DNA from: Oscillospiraceae bacterium
Lineage (GTDB): Bacteria; Bacillota; Clostridia; Oscillospirales; CAG-272
Assembly: GCA_015064295.1 (NCBI GenBank)
Contig: SVSM01000003.1
Location: 6,942-70,941 of the forward strand
DNA: 64,000 nucleotides
Direction: 5' to 3'
The notes under the pieces were generated by a model. The model was not told the origin of the DNA, searched no databases, and saw only the letters and a list, made by a program, of their open reading frames with translations. Numbering within the stretch: position 1 is the stretch's first letter; each line of letters starts with the position of its first letter. Below are positions 8,920 to 18,162 of this stretch, one piece after another. A program made the position numbers and the translations under genes.

Positions 8920-10019
8920 TGGAACTGAATACGATCGTTTCGCATTTTGAAATCGACGGCCGCTTTTTGATGGGAGAGCCCTACGGCTGCGGTCATATCA
9001 ACAGCACCTACTGCCTCTACTTCGACAGAGAGAACCGTCCCCCCATGCGGGTGATCCTGCAGAAGATCAACACCGCGATCTTTCAGGATGCCGACGGCTT
9101 GATGAACAATATCACTCTGGTCACCGAACACATCCGCAAGAAGAACGCCGGCTCCCCCAACGCAGATCGCTGCACCCTGACGGTGATCCCCACGGTAGAC
9201 GGCGAGCCCTATTACCGTTCCGAGAACGGCGATTGCTACCGTGCTTACGTATTCGTAGAAAACAGCTTCAGCCTCCAGCAGGTGGAGAACGCTGACCAGT
9301 TTGAAAGCCTGGCCGCTACCTTCGGCAAGTTCCAGAATCAGCTGGCGGATTTCGACGCCTCCCAGCTGGTGGAGTCGATCCCCAACTTCCATAACACCGC
9401 CAAGCGCTTTGAGGCCTTCGAGCAGGCCGTGGAGGCCGACCTGGCCGGCCGTGCCGCAACGGTGGCCGATGAGATCGCCTTTGCTAAGGCCAGAAAAGAA
9501 GACGCCTCCCTCCTGCTGAACGAGCTTAGGGCAGGCAACCTGCCTCTGCGCGTGACCCATAACGACACCAAGCTGAACAACGTTCTCTTTGATGCCGACA
9601 GCAGTAAGGCCGTCTGCGTCATTGACCTGGATACCGTTATGCCGGGCCTCGTCCATTACGACTTCGGCGACAGCATCCGCTTCGGTGCCAGCACCGCCGC
9701 CGAGGACGAGAAGGATCTCTCCAAGGTAGAGATGGACCTCGGTCTGTTTGAGGCCTATACCCGCGGCTTTTTGGCTTCCTGCGGCAAGGCACTCACCGAG
9801 AAGGAGATCGAATATCTGCCCTTCAGTGCCAAGCTGATGACCTACGAATGCGGTATCCGCTTCTTAACCGACTATCTGAACGGCGATACCTATTTCAAGA
9901 TCCATTATCCCGATCAGAACCTCGACCGTTGCCGCACCCAGTTCAAGCTGGTGGCCGACATGGAGGAGAAGATGGAGGCCATGAAGGCCATCGTCAAGCG
10001 TCTCTGCCAAGCACAGTAA
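8919..10019 (+). CDS. APH/choline-kinase-fold sugar kinase (N-acetylhexosamine 1-kinase-like)
   Basis: YGCGHINST, LQKIN, THNDTKLNNVLFD, IDLDTVMPG, DFGD, RFLTDYLNGDTYFK; TAATG overlap with upstream gene. Confidence 0.85.
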   Translation: MELNTIVSHFEIDGRFLMGEPYGCGHINSTYCLYFDRENRPPMRVILQKINTAIFQDADGLMNNITLVTEHIRKKNAGSPNADRCTLTVIPTVDGEPYYRSENGDCYRAYVFVENSFSLQQVENADQFESLAATFGKFQNQLADFDASQLVESIPNFHNTAKRFEAFEQAVEADLAGRAATVADEIAFAKARKEDASLLLNELRAGNLPLRVTHNDTKLNNVLFDADSSKAVCVIDLDTVMPGLVHYDFGDSIRFGASTAAEDEKDLSKVEMDLGLFEAYTRGFLASCGKALTEKEIEYLPFSAKLMTYECGIRFLTDYLNGDTYFKIHYPDQNLDRCRTQFKLVADMEEKMEAMKAIVKRLCQAQ

Positions 10020-10023
10020 AACC

Positions 10024-10059
10024 AAAAGCCGAAAACCCGGGAGGGTTTTCGGCTTTTTC
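10024..10059 (+). terminator. Intrinsic terminator
   Basis: aaaagccgaaaaccc-ggga-gggttttcggcttttt. Confidence 0.85.
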
Positions 10060-10118
10060 TTGCTTTTGCGCTGAAAACGTGGTATAATAAGGGTAATACA
10101 CCGAAAAGGAGAACGAGG

Positions 10119-10421
10119 ATGAACGATGCTGTGATCCGCCTGTCAGAGGCCATTCGGGCCTTGGCCTGTCCCTGCGGGATCCTGCTCTACGGTGCCAAGC
10201 AGGACCTTCCCGCCGAAGGGGTACGGGAGGTCAATCTTTGCGTGATCGTAAGGGACGATCCGAAGGCGGTGGAACAGATGCTATACCGCTCGCTGGATAG
10301 CGAGCTTGCCTTCAATCTGCTGGTCTATCGGGAGGAGGACTGGTATCGCCTGACGGCGGATCCCACCAGCTACGCCTCCGGTATTGCACGAAAGGGGATC
10401 CTGCTCTATGGGAAGGCGTAG
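10119..10421 (+). CDS. Minimal nucleotidyltransferase (MNT)-like protein, degenerate catalytic motif
   Basis: ILLYG..EVNLCVIV, FNLLVY..E, C-terminal IARKGILLYG typical of MNT; adjacent to HEPN gene. Confidence 0.7.
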   Translation: MNDAVIRLSEAIRALACPCGILLYGAKQDLPAEGVREVNLCVIVRDDPKAVEQMLYRSLDSELAFNLLVYREEDWYRLTADPTSYASGIARKGILLYGKA

Positions 10422-10833
10422 AGGAGCACCCAACGACAGCCGCCGCTATTTCGACTGGCTGGAGCGAGCCGAGTGCGATCTTGACTCGGCAAGAATCTTA
10501 AAGGACCACGACGGCGACAACTGTAACGCCGCCTTTCACTGTCAGCAGTGCATCGAGAAGGCGCTGAAGGGCTATTTGCTCTATATGACGGGGCGTCACA
10601 CCGACGGCCATAACCTGACCTATCTTTGCCGTCAGGCCTGCCGTTACGACGGTACCTTTCAGGAGTGGCTGGACGAAAGCGCCTCCCTCAACCGCTTTTA
10701 CATCGAAACGCGGTACCCCACCGATATGGGCTTCGACGTGGAGGACGGTGAGCTGGAAAGGCTCTTTGCCATGGCGGAGAAGATGTACCGCTTTATTTTC
10801 GGGGTGATTTCTATGGACATAAGCGGTGCCTAA
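10408..10833 (+). CDS. HEPN-domain protein
   Basis: WLERAECDL..A, AAFHCQQCIEKALKGYL, GHNL..L, L..FYIETRYP; overlaps MNT stop. Confidence 0.9.
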   Translation: MGRRRGAPNDSRRYFDWLERAECDLDSARILKDHDGDNCNAAFHCQQCIEKALKGYLLYMTGRHTDGHNLTYLCRQACRYDGTFQEWLDESASLNRFYIETRYPTDMGFDVEDGELERLFAMAEKMYRFIFGVISMDISGA

Positions 10834-11038
10834 GGCAAACAAATACGCGGCGTTCCCGTGAAGGGAACGCCTTTTTTGCCGGAAAAATGCCCCAAAATCG
10901 GCCGAAAAACGCCTGTAAACGGCCCGATTATGCCCCAAAACGTCCCTGAAAACGGAAACCTCTTGCATTTTCCTTCAATTTGTGATAAAATATACCGAAT
11001 GAAACCCGAAAGGAACACGGAAGAAAGGAGATCCCCCG

Positions 11039-12454
11039 ATGTTTTGGAAAAAGCTCCAAGCAAAACGGAACGCCGTTGTGGCGGGCTGGGTGATGGCCTC
11101 TCTCCTTCTTTTGGCGGCAGGACTTTGTATCTACCACGTGTCCCACCGAGAGCTGTCGGTGATGCTTTGCGTGGACGGTCAGCCGCTCTGCCGGGTGGAA
11201 AGCCAATCGGTGGTGGATCACGCCCTTCTCCTGTTGGAGGAGAAGTTGATCGGCAGCGGGATCCGCGAGGAGACCGAGCGGAAGCTGTCCTACCGCTACG
11301 TATTGGCAGACCGAAGCACTGCGGCGGATGCCGAGACCTGTATGGAGCTTTTATTTGATCTAACCTCCGAACACTATTGCCGTGCCTATATGATCACGGT
11401 CAAGGGCAGGGAGATCGCCGCCTGCGCCACCTACGGTGAGGCAGAGAAGGTGGTAGAGGATTTCCGCACCTACGTGACTGAACGGGTGATGGCCTCCGAG
11501 AAGGAGGCGGACCTCGTCGAGCTCACCACGGATTTTGGGATCCGCAGCGTTTTCTGCCCTCGGGAGCGTATTGCCTCCGGCAAGGATATTCTTCGCCTTA
11601 TGATCGGCTCGGGTGACAGGTATGAGCCGGAAGATTCCGAACCGTCGTCAGACACCCGTGTCAACGCGCCCGGCAGCTCCTCCATCCTGTTTGCCGATAA
11701 AAACAAAGATTTCGGTCTGCTTCGCAATCCCGTCCTGCGGCCCAGCGGAGAGGATGGCTCTTCCTTCCACGTGAGCGGTCTTGGCTCGGTCATCGAGTAT
11801 CGGACGGTGTACGTGCAGACCTATTCCGAGATCGTCGGATACGACGTGGAATATGTCGAAAGCGACTCCCTGTACGTGGGGCAGACCGCCGTGGTCTTCG
11901 CGGGGGAGGAGGGCATCGCTGAAAACGTCTACCGGGTGGCTTATTCGGGCGGCGTGGAGGTTTCTCGCACGCTGGTATCTTCCAAGATCATCGTGGAGCC
12001 CAAGAACCGCGTGGAACGGATCGGCACCAAGGCCTATCCCTCGACGAACCCCACCGGCTCCTTTATTTGGCCTCTTTCCGATTGGCAGATCTCCTCGTAT
12101 TTCGGCTTATCCCGTCCGGGACTGGAGGGGAAGGGAGAGTACCATCTCGGCTTAGACCTGGCAGGGCCTAAGCTCGGCGAGCCGATTCTGGCGGCCGACG
12201 GCGGTGAAGTGATCTTTGCCGGCGACCGAGGCAGCTACGGCCTTTTGGTCAAGATCCGGCACGAGGACAACGTGGTGACCTATTACGCGCATATGAGCGC
12301 CATCACCGTGGAAAAAGGCGACCGTGTATATCAAGGCCAGAAGATCGGAGAGATCGGCCGTTCCGGTGTTGCCACCGGCGTACATCTTCACTTTGAGGTA
12401 CTCATTGACGATAAGCGGGTGGATCCCCTCAAGTATCTGCCGAAAACGGAATAA
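11039..12454 (+). CDS. Membrane-anchored M23 peptidoglycan endopeptidase with G5 domain
   Basis: N-terminal TM, G5-like GEEG..EP....RIGTK, M23 motifs HLGLD, YYAH, TGVHLHFEV. Confidence 0.9.
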   Translation: MFWKKLQAKRNAVVAGWVMASLLLLAAGLCIYHVSHRELSVMLCVDGQPLCRVESQSVVDHALLLLEEKLIGSGIREETERKLSYRYVLADRSTAADAETCMELLFDLTSEHYCRAYMITVKGREIAACATYGEAEKVVEDFRTYVTERVMASEKEADLVELTTDFGIRSVFCPRERIASGKDILRLMIGSGDRYEPEDSEPSSDTRVNAPGSSSILFADKNKDFGLLRNPVLRPSGEDGSSFHVSGLGSVIEYRTVYVQTYSEIVGYDVEYVESDSLYVGQTAVVFAGEEGIAENVYRVAYSGGVEVSRTLVSSKIIVEPKNRVERIGTKAYPSTNPTGSFIWPLSDWQISSYFGLSRPGLEGKGEYHLGLDLAGPKLGEPILAADGGEVIFAGDRGSYGLLVKIRHEDNVVTYYAHMSAITVEKGDRVYQGQKIGEIGRSGVATGVHLHFEVLIDDKRVDPLKYLPKTE

Positions 12455-12564
12455 GCAAGCCCGTGGCAAGGTTGAGGCTACGGCTACGAATAAAAAAGAA
12501 CACCCTCATCGCAGACGTTCATTTGCGATGGGGGCGTTTTTTGCTGCATGCCACCATTTGCCTC

Positions 12565-12619
12565 TTGACAGGAGATCGGGCTTATGATAAAATAACAATA
12601 GTTATATAACAAACGATAT
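12565..12619 (+). promoter_or_regulatory. Sigma-A promoter with tandem ATAAC-N4-GTTAT operators (probable TetR autoregulation)
   Basis: TTGACA-17-TAAAAT (12565-12593); ataacaatagttat 12592-12605 and ataacaaacgatat 12606-12619. Confidence 0.75.
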
Positions 12620-12636
12620 ATTAAGGAGACAAGCCG

Positions 12637-13206
12637 ATGCCCCCCAAGATTAAGATAACGAAGGAAGACGTTGTGACAACTGCCCTGGAGCTGGTACGGG
12701 CAAACGGAGAACAAGCCATCAATGCCCGAGCCGTCGCCGCATCTCTCGGCTGCTCTACCCAGCCGGTATTCTCCAATTTCACCACGATGGACGAGCTGCG
12801 GGATGCGGTCATCGTCGCCGCATACGAGCGTTATTTGGATTTTCTAAAAACCGAGGCGGAGCGGGGCGAGTATCCGCGATATAAGGCCTTTGGCATGGCC
12901 TACGTCCGCTTTGCCAAGGAAGAAAAAGAGCTGTTCAAGCTTTTGTTCCTGCGTGACCGAACCGGGGAGGATCTGTCGCCCTCTCCCGATTTTGAGGAGT
13001 CGGTGCAAATGATGATGGAAGCGAGCGGTGTGACCAAAGAAAAGGCAACACTCATGCACCTTGAGCTGTGGTCCTGTGTCCACGGCATCGGGACCATGCT
13101 GGCCACCTCGTTTTTGCCCCTTGACCGGGAGCAGATCAGCGATATGCTGACCGACGTGTACCAGGGAATACGGGCAAGACATGGATCGGAGGAAGAGGAA
13201 ACATGA
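12637..13206 (+). CDS. TetR/AcrR regulator (WHG-like C-terminus)
   Basis: INARAVAASLGCSTQPVFSNF HTH; LWSCVHGI. Confidence 0.93.
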   Translation: MPPKIKITKEDVVTTALELVRANGEQAINARAVAASLGCSTQPVFSNFTTMDELRDAVIVAAYERYLDFLKTEAERGEYPRYKAFGMAYVRFAKEEKELFKLLFLRDRTGEDLSPSPDFEESVQMMMEASGVTKEKATLMHLELWSCVHGIGTMLATSFLPLDREQISDMLTDVYQGIRARHGSEEEET

Positions 13207-13931
13207 ACGCAATCCGCATTGAAGGGCTGACCAAGCGGTACCGCGACGTTATCGCCGTTGACACCTTATCGCTTACTGTTGAGGAGGGAGAGGTCTTTGC
13301 TCTCCTTGGCATAAACGGCGCGGGAAAGACCACCACCATCAAAATGCTCTCCTGCCTCACCGAGCCAACGGAGGGGGACGCCTATTTGCTGGGAAAGAGC
13401 ATCCGTAGGGATACTGCCGACGTGAAGTCACTCATCGCCGTGTCACCCCAGGAAACCGCCGTTGCTCCGGGGCTTTCGGTGCGGGAAAACCTTGCGCTTA
13501 TGTGCGGCATCCACGGCTTTACGAAGGAGAAGCGGGAGGCCAAGATCACGGAGCTGACGGCACTGTTGGGACTGGAGAGCGTTATGGCACGAAGGGCGGG
13601 CAAGCTGTCGGGCGGCTGGCAGCGCCGTCTCAGCATTGCCATGGCGTTGATCTCCGAGCCAAGGATCCTCTTCCTTGACGAGCCGACCCTGGGGCTGGAC
13701 GTGATCGCCAGAAGTGAGCTTTGGGATATGATCCGTTCCCTTAAGGGAAGGGTGACCATTTTGTTGACGACTCACTATATGGAGGAGGCCGAGGCCCTCT
13801 CCGACCGGATTGCCATCATGAAGGACGGCAAGCTTCTTCTCTGTGATACGGCAGACGCTATCAAGGCGACCGCCGGGACGCAGAGCTTCGAGGAGGCCTT
13901 CGTCCGTATCGTAAAGGGGGTGGCCAAATGA
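13203..13931 (+). CDS. ABC exporter ATP-binding protein
   Basis: GINGAGKTT, LSGGWQRR, LFLDEPT, TTHYMEEA. Confidence 0.95.
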   Translation: MNAIRIEGLTKRYRDVIAVDTLSLTVEEGEVFALLGINGAGKTTTIKMLSCLTEPTEGDAYLLGKSIRRDTADVKSLIAVSPQETAVAPGLSVRENLALMCGIHGFTKEKREAKITELTALLGLESVMARRAGKLSGGWQRRLSIAMALISEPRILFLDEPTLGLDVIARSELWDMIRSLKGRVTILLTTHYMEEAEALSDRIAIMKDGKLLLCDTADAIKATAGTQSFEEAFVRIVKGVAK

Positions 13932-14659
13932 GAATGCTCACCTTTGCCAAGCGGAACGCCAAGGAGATCCTGCGCGACCCATTGACCGTCGCCTTTGGCC
14001 TGGGATTTCCCCTTGTTCTGATCCTGCTGTTAAGCGCCATTCAGGCCAACGTCCCCGTGCCACTCTTTGAGATCGAGCGGCTGGCTCCCGGCATTACGGT
14101 CTTCGGGCTCTCCTTTATGACGCTGTTTTCGGCAACGCTGATCGCCAAGGACCGGGGAAGCGCTCTTCTTCAGCGCTTGTATACGACACCGCTGAGGCCT
14201 CTTGACTTTATTCTCGGCTATACCGTGCCCATCCTTCCCTTTGCCGTAGCCCAAAGCGTTATCTGCTACGCCGTGGCCATTGCTCTTGGCCTGGACGTCA
14301 CGGTCAACATTCTGTTTGCCATTCTGTTCATGATCCCCGTCTCCGTCCTGTTCATTGCGCTGGGCCTGCTGTTCGGCAGTGTTCTCAGCGATAAGCAGGT
14401 GGGCGGCATTTGCGGAGCGCTGCTGACCAATCTCTCGGCGTGGCTGTCGGGCACTTGGTTTGAGCTGGAGCTTGTGGGGGGTGTGTTTCGAAAAATTGCC
14501 TACGCTCTCCCCTTCGTTCACGCCGTGGAGATGGAACGGGCGGTGATTGCGGGTAATTTCGCAGAGATATTCCCCCATTTGTGGTGGGTACTCGGCTACG
14601 CCGCAGCGGCCCTGATGCTTGCCGTTCTGTTGTTTTTGAGACAAATGAAAAAGCAATAA
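13928..14659 (+). CDS. ABC-2 type permease
   Basis: About six TM segments, RLYTTPL motif, ATGA overlap with the ATPase gene. Confidence 0.92.
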   Translation: MRMLTFAKRNAKEILRDPLTVAFGLGFPLVLILLLSAIQANVPVPLFEIERLAPGITVFGLSFMTLFSATLIAKDRGSALLQRLYTTPLRPLDFILGYTVPILPFAVAQSVICYAVAIALGLDVTVNILFAILFMIPVSVLFIALGLLFGSVLSDKQVGGICGALLTNLSAWLSGTWFELELVGGVFRKIAYALPFVHAVEMERAVIAGNFAEIFPHLWWVLGYAAAALMLAVLLFLRQMKKQ

Positions 14660-14668
14660 AGGGATAAC

Positions 14669-14698
14669 AAAAACCGCAGATCCGTATCTGCGGTTTTT
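14669..14698. terminator. Bidirectional terminator
   Basis: aaaaaccgcagat-ccgt-atctgcggttttt. Confidence 0.85.
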
Positions 14699-14710
14699 GC
14701 TGTGCCGATA

Positions 14711-15850
14711 TTAAGGCGTCGTCCTAACGATGGCTCCGCGGCGGAAGCAACGGGAGGTTGGCTCTCGACGAACCAGCGCCATCAGCTTATCGGAGCGGAG
14801 GGAGGCCTCAAACTGCCGTCCCGCTTCTCCTTCCAGGGCCAGCCCGTCGGCGGGCTTGGTAACGATGGGAAGAGAGGCGGTTTTTCGCACCGCCGACAGG
14901 TAGGCGCGGCCCTTTTCGTTAGCCGCCAGCAGTCGCGTAAAGCGGGGCGGTGCGTAGACCTGCTCGGGAGTATAGGATAAAACGGCGGAGAGGATTCCGC
15001 GGCGCAGGCGGGCGGCGGTAAACTTGCGGTTGGTGCAGAGGGCGATCAGCTCCTCTACGGTGGCTGCCTCCTCGGCGCCGTGCTTGAGCAGGCCCGCCAC
15101 GCCGCCGTTCATGGCGTAACGGGTTTCCAGGACGTCGGCGGAGGTGCTCCGCAGGGTGTGCAGGGCAATGGCGTCGTAGGGCTCGGCGGGTGTCAGAGAC
15201 GTCTTGGTGAAAATAGCCGAGGCCGCCTCCGGCAAAAGGGAGGAGGCATCGCCCCCCGCCGTCAGGACACGGCGGGCCTCCGAGGCGGAATAGCCGGCCT
15301 CACGGCGGTAGGTAAAGGGGGTGATGGTCGCCTGACAGGCCGAGAGGGCCGACAGGTATTCCACGCCCAGGATGTCGTTTGGCAGGGTAGGAAAGTCCTC
15401 CCCCCCAAGCGAACGGAAGACGGCCTCGGCGTTCCGCATATGGGATTCCTCCTCGGGGGCTTCCCGAAGGGCTTGTAAATACGCGGGGGAAGCCATAAGC
15501 TCGGCTGCCCTTGAAAGGGACGGCAGGTCACCGCTTTCACTGCCGAAGCAGAGAATGTCGATTCCTCCCAGCCCGTGAAGGATCCCCACGGCACCCCGGG
15601 CGAAGGCCTCGGCCGAGGAGCAGGCATAGGGGGCGGGCAGCTCCAGCACCAGGTCGGAGCCGCAGGCAAGGGCTGCCTCGGCCCTGACGTGCTTGGGATA
15701 AAGAGCCAGACGCCCACGCTGGACCAGGTCGCCGCTCATGAGGGAGACAACGGTGGCATCAGCCCCAAAGACGGCCCGAAGGGCTTCGATCTGAAGCCGA
15801 TGGCCCCGATGGAAGGGGTCGTATTCGCAAATGACGGCGACAGTTGTCAT
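14711..15850 (-). CDS. tmcAL: tRNA(Met) cytidine acetate ligase (HIGH nucleotidyltransferase, YlbM)
   Basis: ICEYDPFHRGH, MSGDLVQRG, DLVLELP, SAEAFARGAV, FGSESG, PNDILGVEY. Confidence 0.88.
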   Translation of the reverse strand: MTTVAVICEYDPFHRGHRLQIEALRAVFGADATVVSLMSGDLVQRGRLALYPKHVRAEAALACGSDLVLELPAPYACSSAEAFARGAVGILHGLGGIDILCFGSESGDLPSLSRAAELMASPAYLQALREAPEEESHMRNAEAVFRSLGGEDFPTLPNDILGVEYLSALSACQATITPFTYRREAGYSASEARRVLTAGGDASSLLPEAASAIFTKTSLTPAEPYDAIALHTLRSTSADVLETRYAMNGGVAGLLKHGAEEAATVEELIALCTNRKFTAARLRRGILSAVLSYTPEQVYAPPRFTRLLAANEKGRAYLSAVRKTASLPIVTKPADGLALEGEAGRQFEASLRSDKLMALVRREPTSRCFRRGAIVRTTP

Positions 15851-15992
15851 GATTCGCTCCTTTCAAAAGCGCGGTGGAAATGGCAGATTTTGAAAAAATC
15901 CGTCTTTTTTTGCCAAATCCCTTGTAATTGCCGTGGAAATCGTGTATAATCAATATGTTATGCTATCTAATATCAATCGGAGGTTATACATT

Positions 15993-17201
15993 ATGAAAGT
16001 TCTTGTTGTCAATGCAGGAAGCTCTTCTCTGAAGTATCAGCTTTTTGAGACCGAAACCGGTGACGTTCTCGCCAAGGGTATTTGCGAGAGAATCGGTATC
16101 GACGGTCTGATCGAGCACCGTCTCGGTGAGAACGGCGAAAAGACCAAGCGTGAGATGGCTATGCCCAACCACGCCGTTGCCATGAAGATCGTGGTCGATA
16201 CCCTGACCGATGCTACCCTCGGCTGTCTTTCCGACATGGCCGAGATCAAGGCGGTCGGTCACCGCGTGGTGCACGGCGGTCCTTACTTCTTCGAAAGCTG
16301 CCTCGTGACCCCTGAGGTTATCGAGAAGCTGAAGCTCTGTAACGACTTTGCTCCCCTTCACACCCCTGCCCACTTGATGGGCATCGAGGGCTGTACGGAG
16401 GTCATGCCCACCGTTCCCCAGGTCCTGGTATTCGATACCGCCTTCCATCAGACCATGCCCGACTATGCTTACACCTACGCTCTCCCCAAGGACATGATCG
16501 AGAAGGATCACATCCGTCGCTACGGTGCTCACGGCACCTCTCACCGCTTCGTCTCCATCGAGATGGCCAAGCTTCTTGACAAGCCCGTGGAAGAGACCAA
16601 GATCGTGACCTGTCACATCGGTAACGGTTCCTCCATTTCGGCCGTTAAGGGCGGTAAGTGCATTGACACCTCCATGGGCTTCACGCCTCTTGAGGGTGTG
16701 GAAATGGGTACCCGTTGCGGCTCCATCGACCCTGCTATCGTTACCTACATTATGAAGAAGTACGGCTATACCCCCGACGAGATGTCCAGCTTCATGAACA
16801 AGAAGTGCGGCTTCCTCGGTCTGTCGGGTATCTCCTCCGACTCCCGTGACATTGAGGCAGCGATCCTGAAGGGCGATAAGCAGGCCGAGCTGACCGCTAA
16901 CGTGCTGGCTTACCAGGTGAAGAAGTATATCGGCTCCTACGCCGCCGCTATGGACGGTCTGGATGCCATCGTCTTCACCGCCGGTATGGGTGAGAACAAC
17001 CCCGAGCTCCGCGAGAGAGTCTGCAAGGAGATGAAGTACTTCGGTGTTGAGATCGATATGGAGCTGAACGCCAAGACCCTCCGCCAGCCCAACATCGTTG
17101 AGCTGTCTACCCCCAACTCCAAGGTGAAGGTCTACGTGCTTCCCACCAACGAGGAGCTCATGATCGCCAAGGATACCGAGGCTATCGTAAGCAAGCTGTA
17201 A
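15993..17201 (+). CDS. ackA: Acetate kinase
   Basis: VLVVNAGSSSLKYQL, GHRVVHGG, FDTAFHQT, DTSMGFTPLEG, FTAGMGEN, PTNEEL. Confidence 0.98.
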   Translation: MKVLVVNAGSSSLKYQLFETETGDVLAKGICERIGIDGLIEHRLGENGEKTKREMAMPNHAVAMKIVVDTLTDATLGCLSDMAEIKAVGHRVVHGGPYFFESCLVTPEVIEKLKLCNDFAPLHTPAHLMGIEGCTEVMPTVPQVLVFDTAFHQTMPDYAYTYALPKDMIEKDHIRRYGAHGTSHRFVSIEMAKLLDKPVEETKIVTCHIGNGSSISAVKGGKCIDTSMGFTPLEGVEMGTRCGSIDPAIVTYIMKKYGYTPDEMSSFMNKKCGFLGLSGISSDSRDIEAAILKGDKQAELTANVLAYQVKKYIGSYAAAMDGLDAIVFTAGMGENNPELRERVCKEMKYFGVEIDMELNAKTLRQPNIVELSTPNSKVKVYVLPTNEELMIAKDTEAIVSKL

Positions 17202-17215
17202 GAGTACGGATCATA

Positions 17216-17312
17216 GCGGGGCTCTGCCCCGCACCCCGCGAGGAGAACTTCTTGAAAGAAGTTCTCCTCGACCTTTCAAGAACGTTTGATGGCCGAAAAC
17301 GGAGTTTTCGGC
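17216..17312 (+). repeat. Three-hairpin intergenic repeat, copy A
   Basis: gcggggc-tct-gccccgc, accccg, cgaggagaacttct-tgaa-agaagttctcctcg, ttcaagaac, gccgaaaac-gga-gttttcggc. Confidence 0.85.
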
Positions 17313-17332
17313 GAGAAGGATGAAGGATCTGC

Positions 17333-17357
17333 CCTCCCCGCAAGGGGAGGTTTTTTT
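17333..17357 (+). terminator. Terminator for ackA
   Basis: cctcccc-gcaa-ggggagg followed by 7 T. Confidence 0.85.
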
Positions 17358-18087
17358 ATATGGATTGCTGCCGGCAGGCAGCGTCCCTGCGGGAATAGGT
17401 GACGGTATAGCGGTTAGGCGTTTGAGGCTCTTGCATACGGATTTGGATGGGATCGGCGGTGCGGAGGTAGGCGGCGAGTGCTTTTCCGTCTCGGATGGTA
17501 TCGGGGATCTCAACGCCGCAGAAGGCACGGTAGCTATCGGCGTGATAGTCGCCGCCGCAGGTGAGGATCAGGCCGTTCTCCACGGCGAAATCCGATACCT
17601 CACGGTAGAAGGAGGCGAGATACCCGGGATGGCAGTTGATCTCCACGCCGTCAAGGACCGAGGGATCCTGCAGACGGTTTCCGCCTCGGAAGGGGTGGGC
17701 CTGGACGACGATGCCGCCCTGCTCGTGAGCCAGGCGGTAAAGCTCCTCCAGCGTCAGATCGTACAGGGTGGGGTGAGCAAGAGTAAAGTCCTCGTCCACA
17801 CCGTAGAGAAGCATATGCAGATTGCCGTGGCGTGCCATGGTGATCTCCATGCCGTAGAGCACGGTACAGCCGATGGCCTCCCCGCACTGCTTGGTGTAGC
17901 GGAACTCCTCGGTGTAGGCACGGGCAAAGGACTCGGCCTCACCGTTTCGAAATAAGGATCGGTCGTAATGATTGGTCAGCACGATGCCGTCAATGCCAAC
18001 CTTCTTGGCGGCGGCAACGATCTCGGGGGCGGGGGCGCGGCAGCAGGTGCTGATTCCCGACGTGTGGGCGTGTAGGTCGATCAACAT
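17356..18087 (-). CDS. PHP-domain phosphoesterase
   Basis: IDLHAHT, LTNHY, GME, HMLLYG, QAHPFR, GGDYH. Confidence 0.9.
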   Translation of the reverse strand: MLIDLHAHTSGISTCCRAPAPEIVAAAKKVGIDGIVLTNHYDRSLFRNGEAESFARAYTEEFRYTKQCGEAIGCTVLYGMEITMARHGNLHMLLYGVDEDFTLAHPTLYDLTLEELYRLAHEQGGIVVQAHPFRGGNRLQDPSVLDGVEINCHPGYLASFYREVSDFAVENGLILTCGGDYHADSYRAFCGVEIPDTIRDGKALAAYLRTADPIQIRMQEPQTPNRYTVTYSRRDAACRQQSI

Positions 18088-18162
18088 GATATCTTCCTCA
18101 TAAAAGCAAGGAGAAACGTCTCAAGATGAAGCTGACGTTCCTCCTTATCCTTCTTATTCTTC

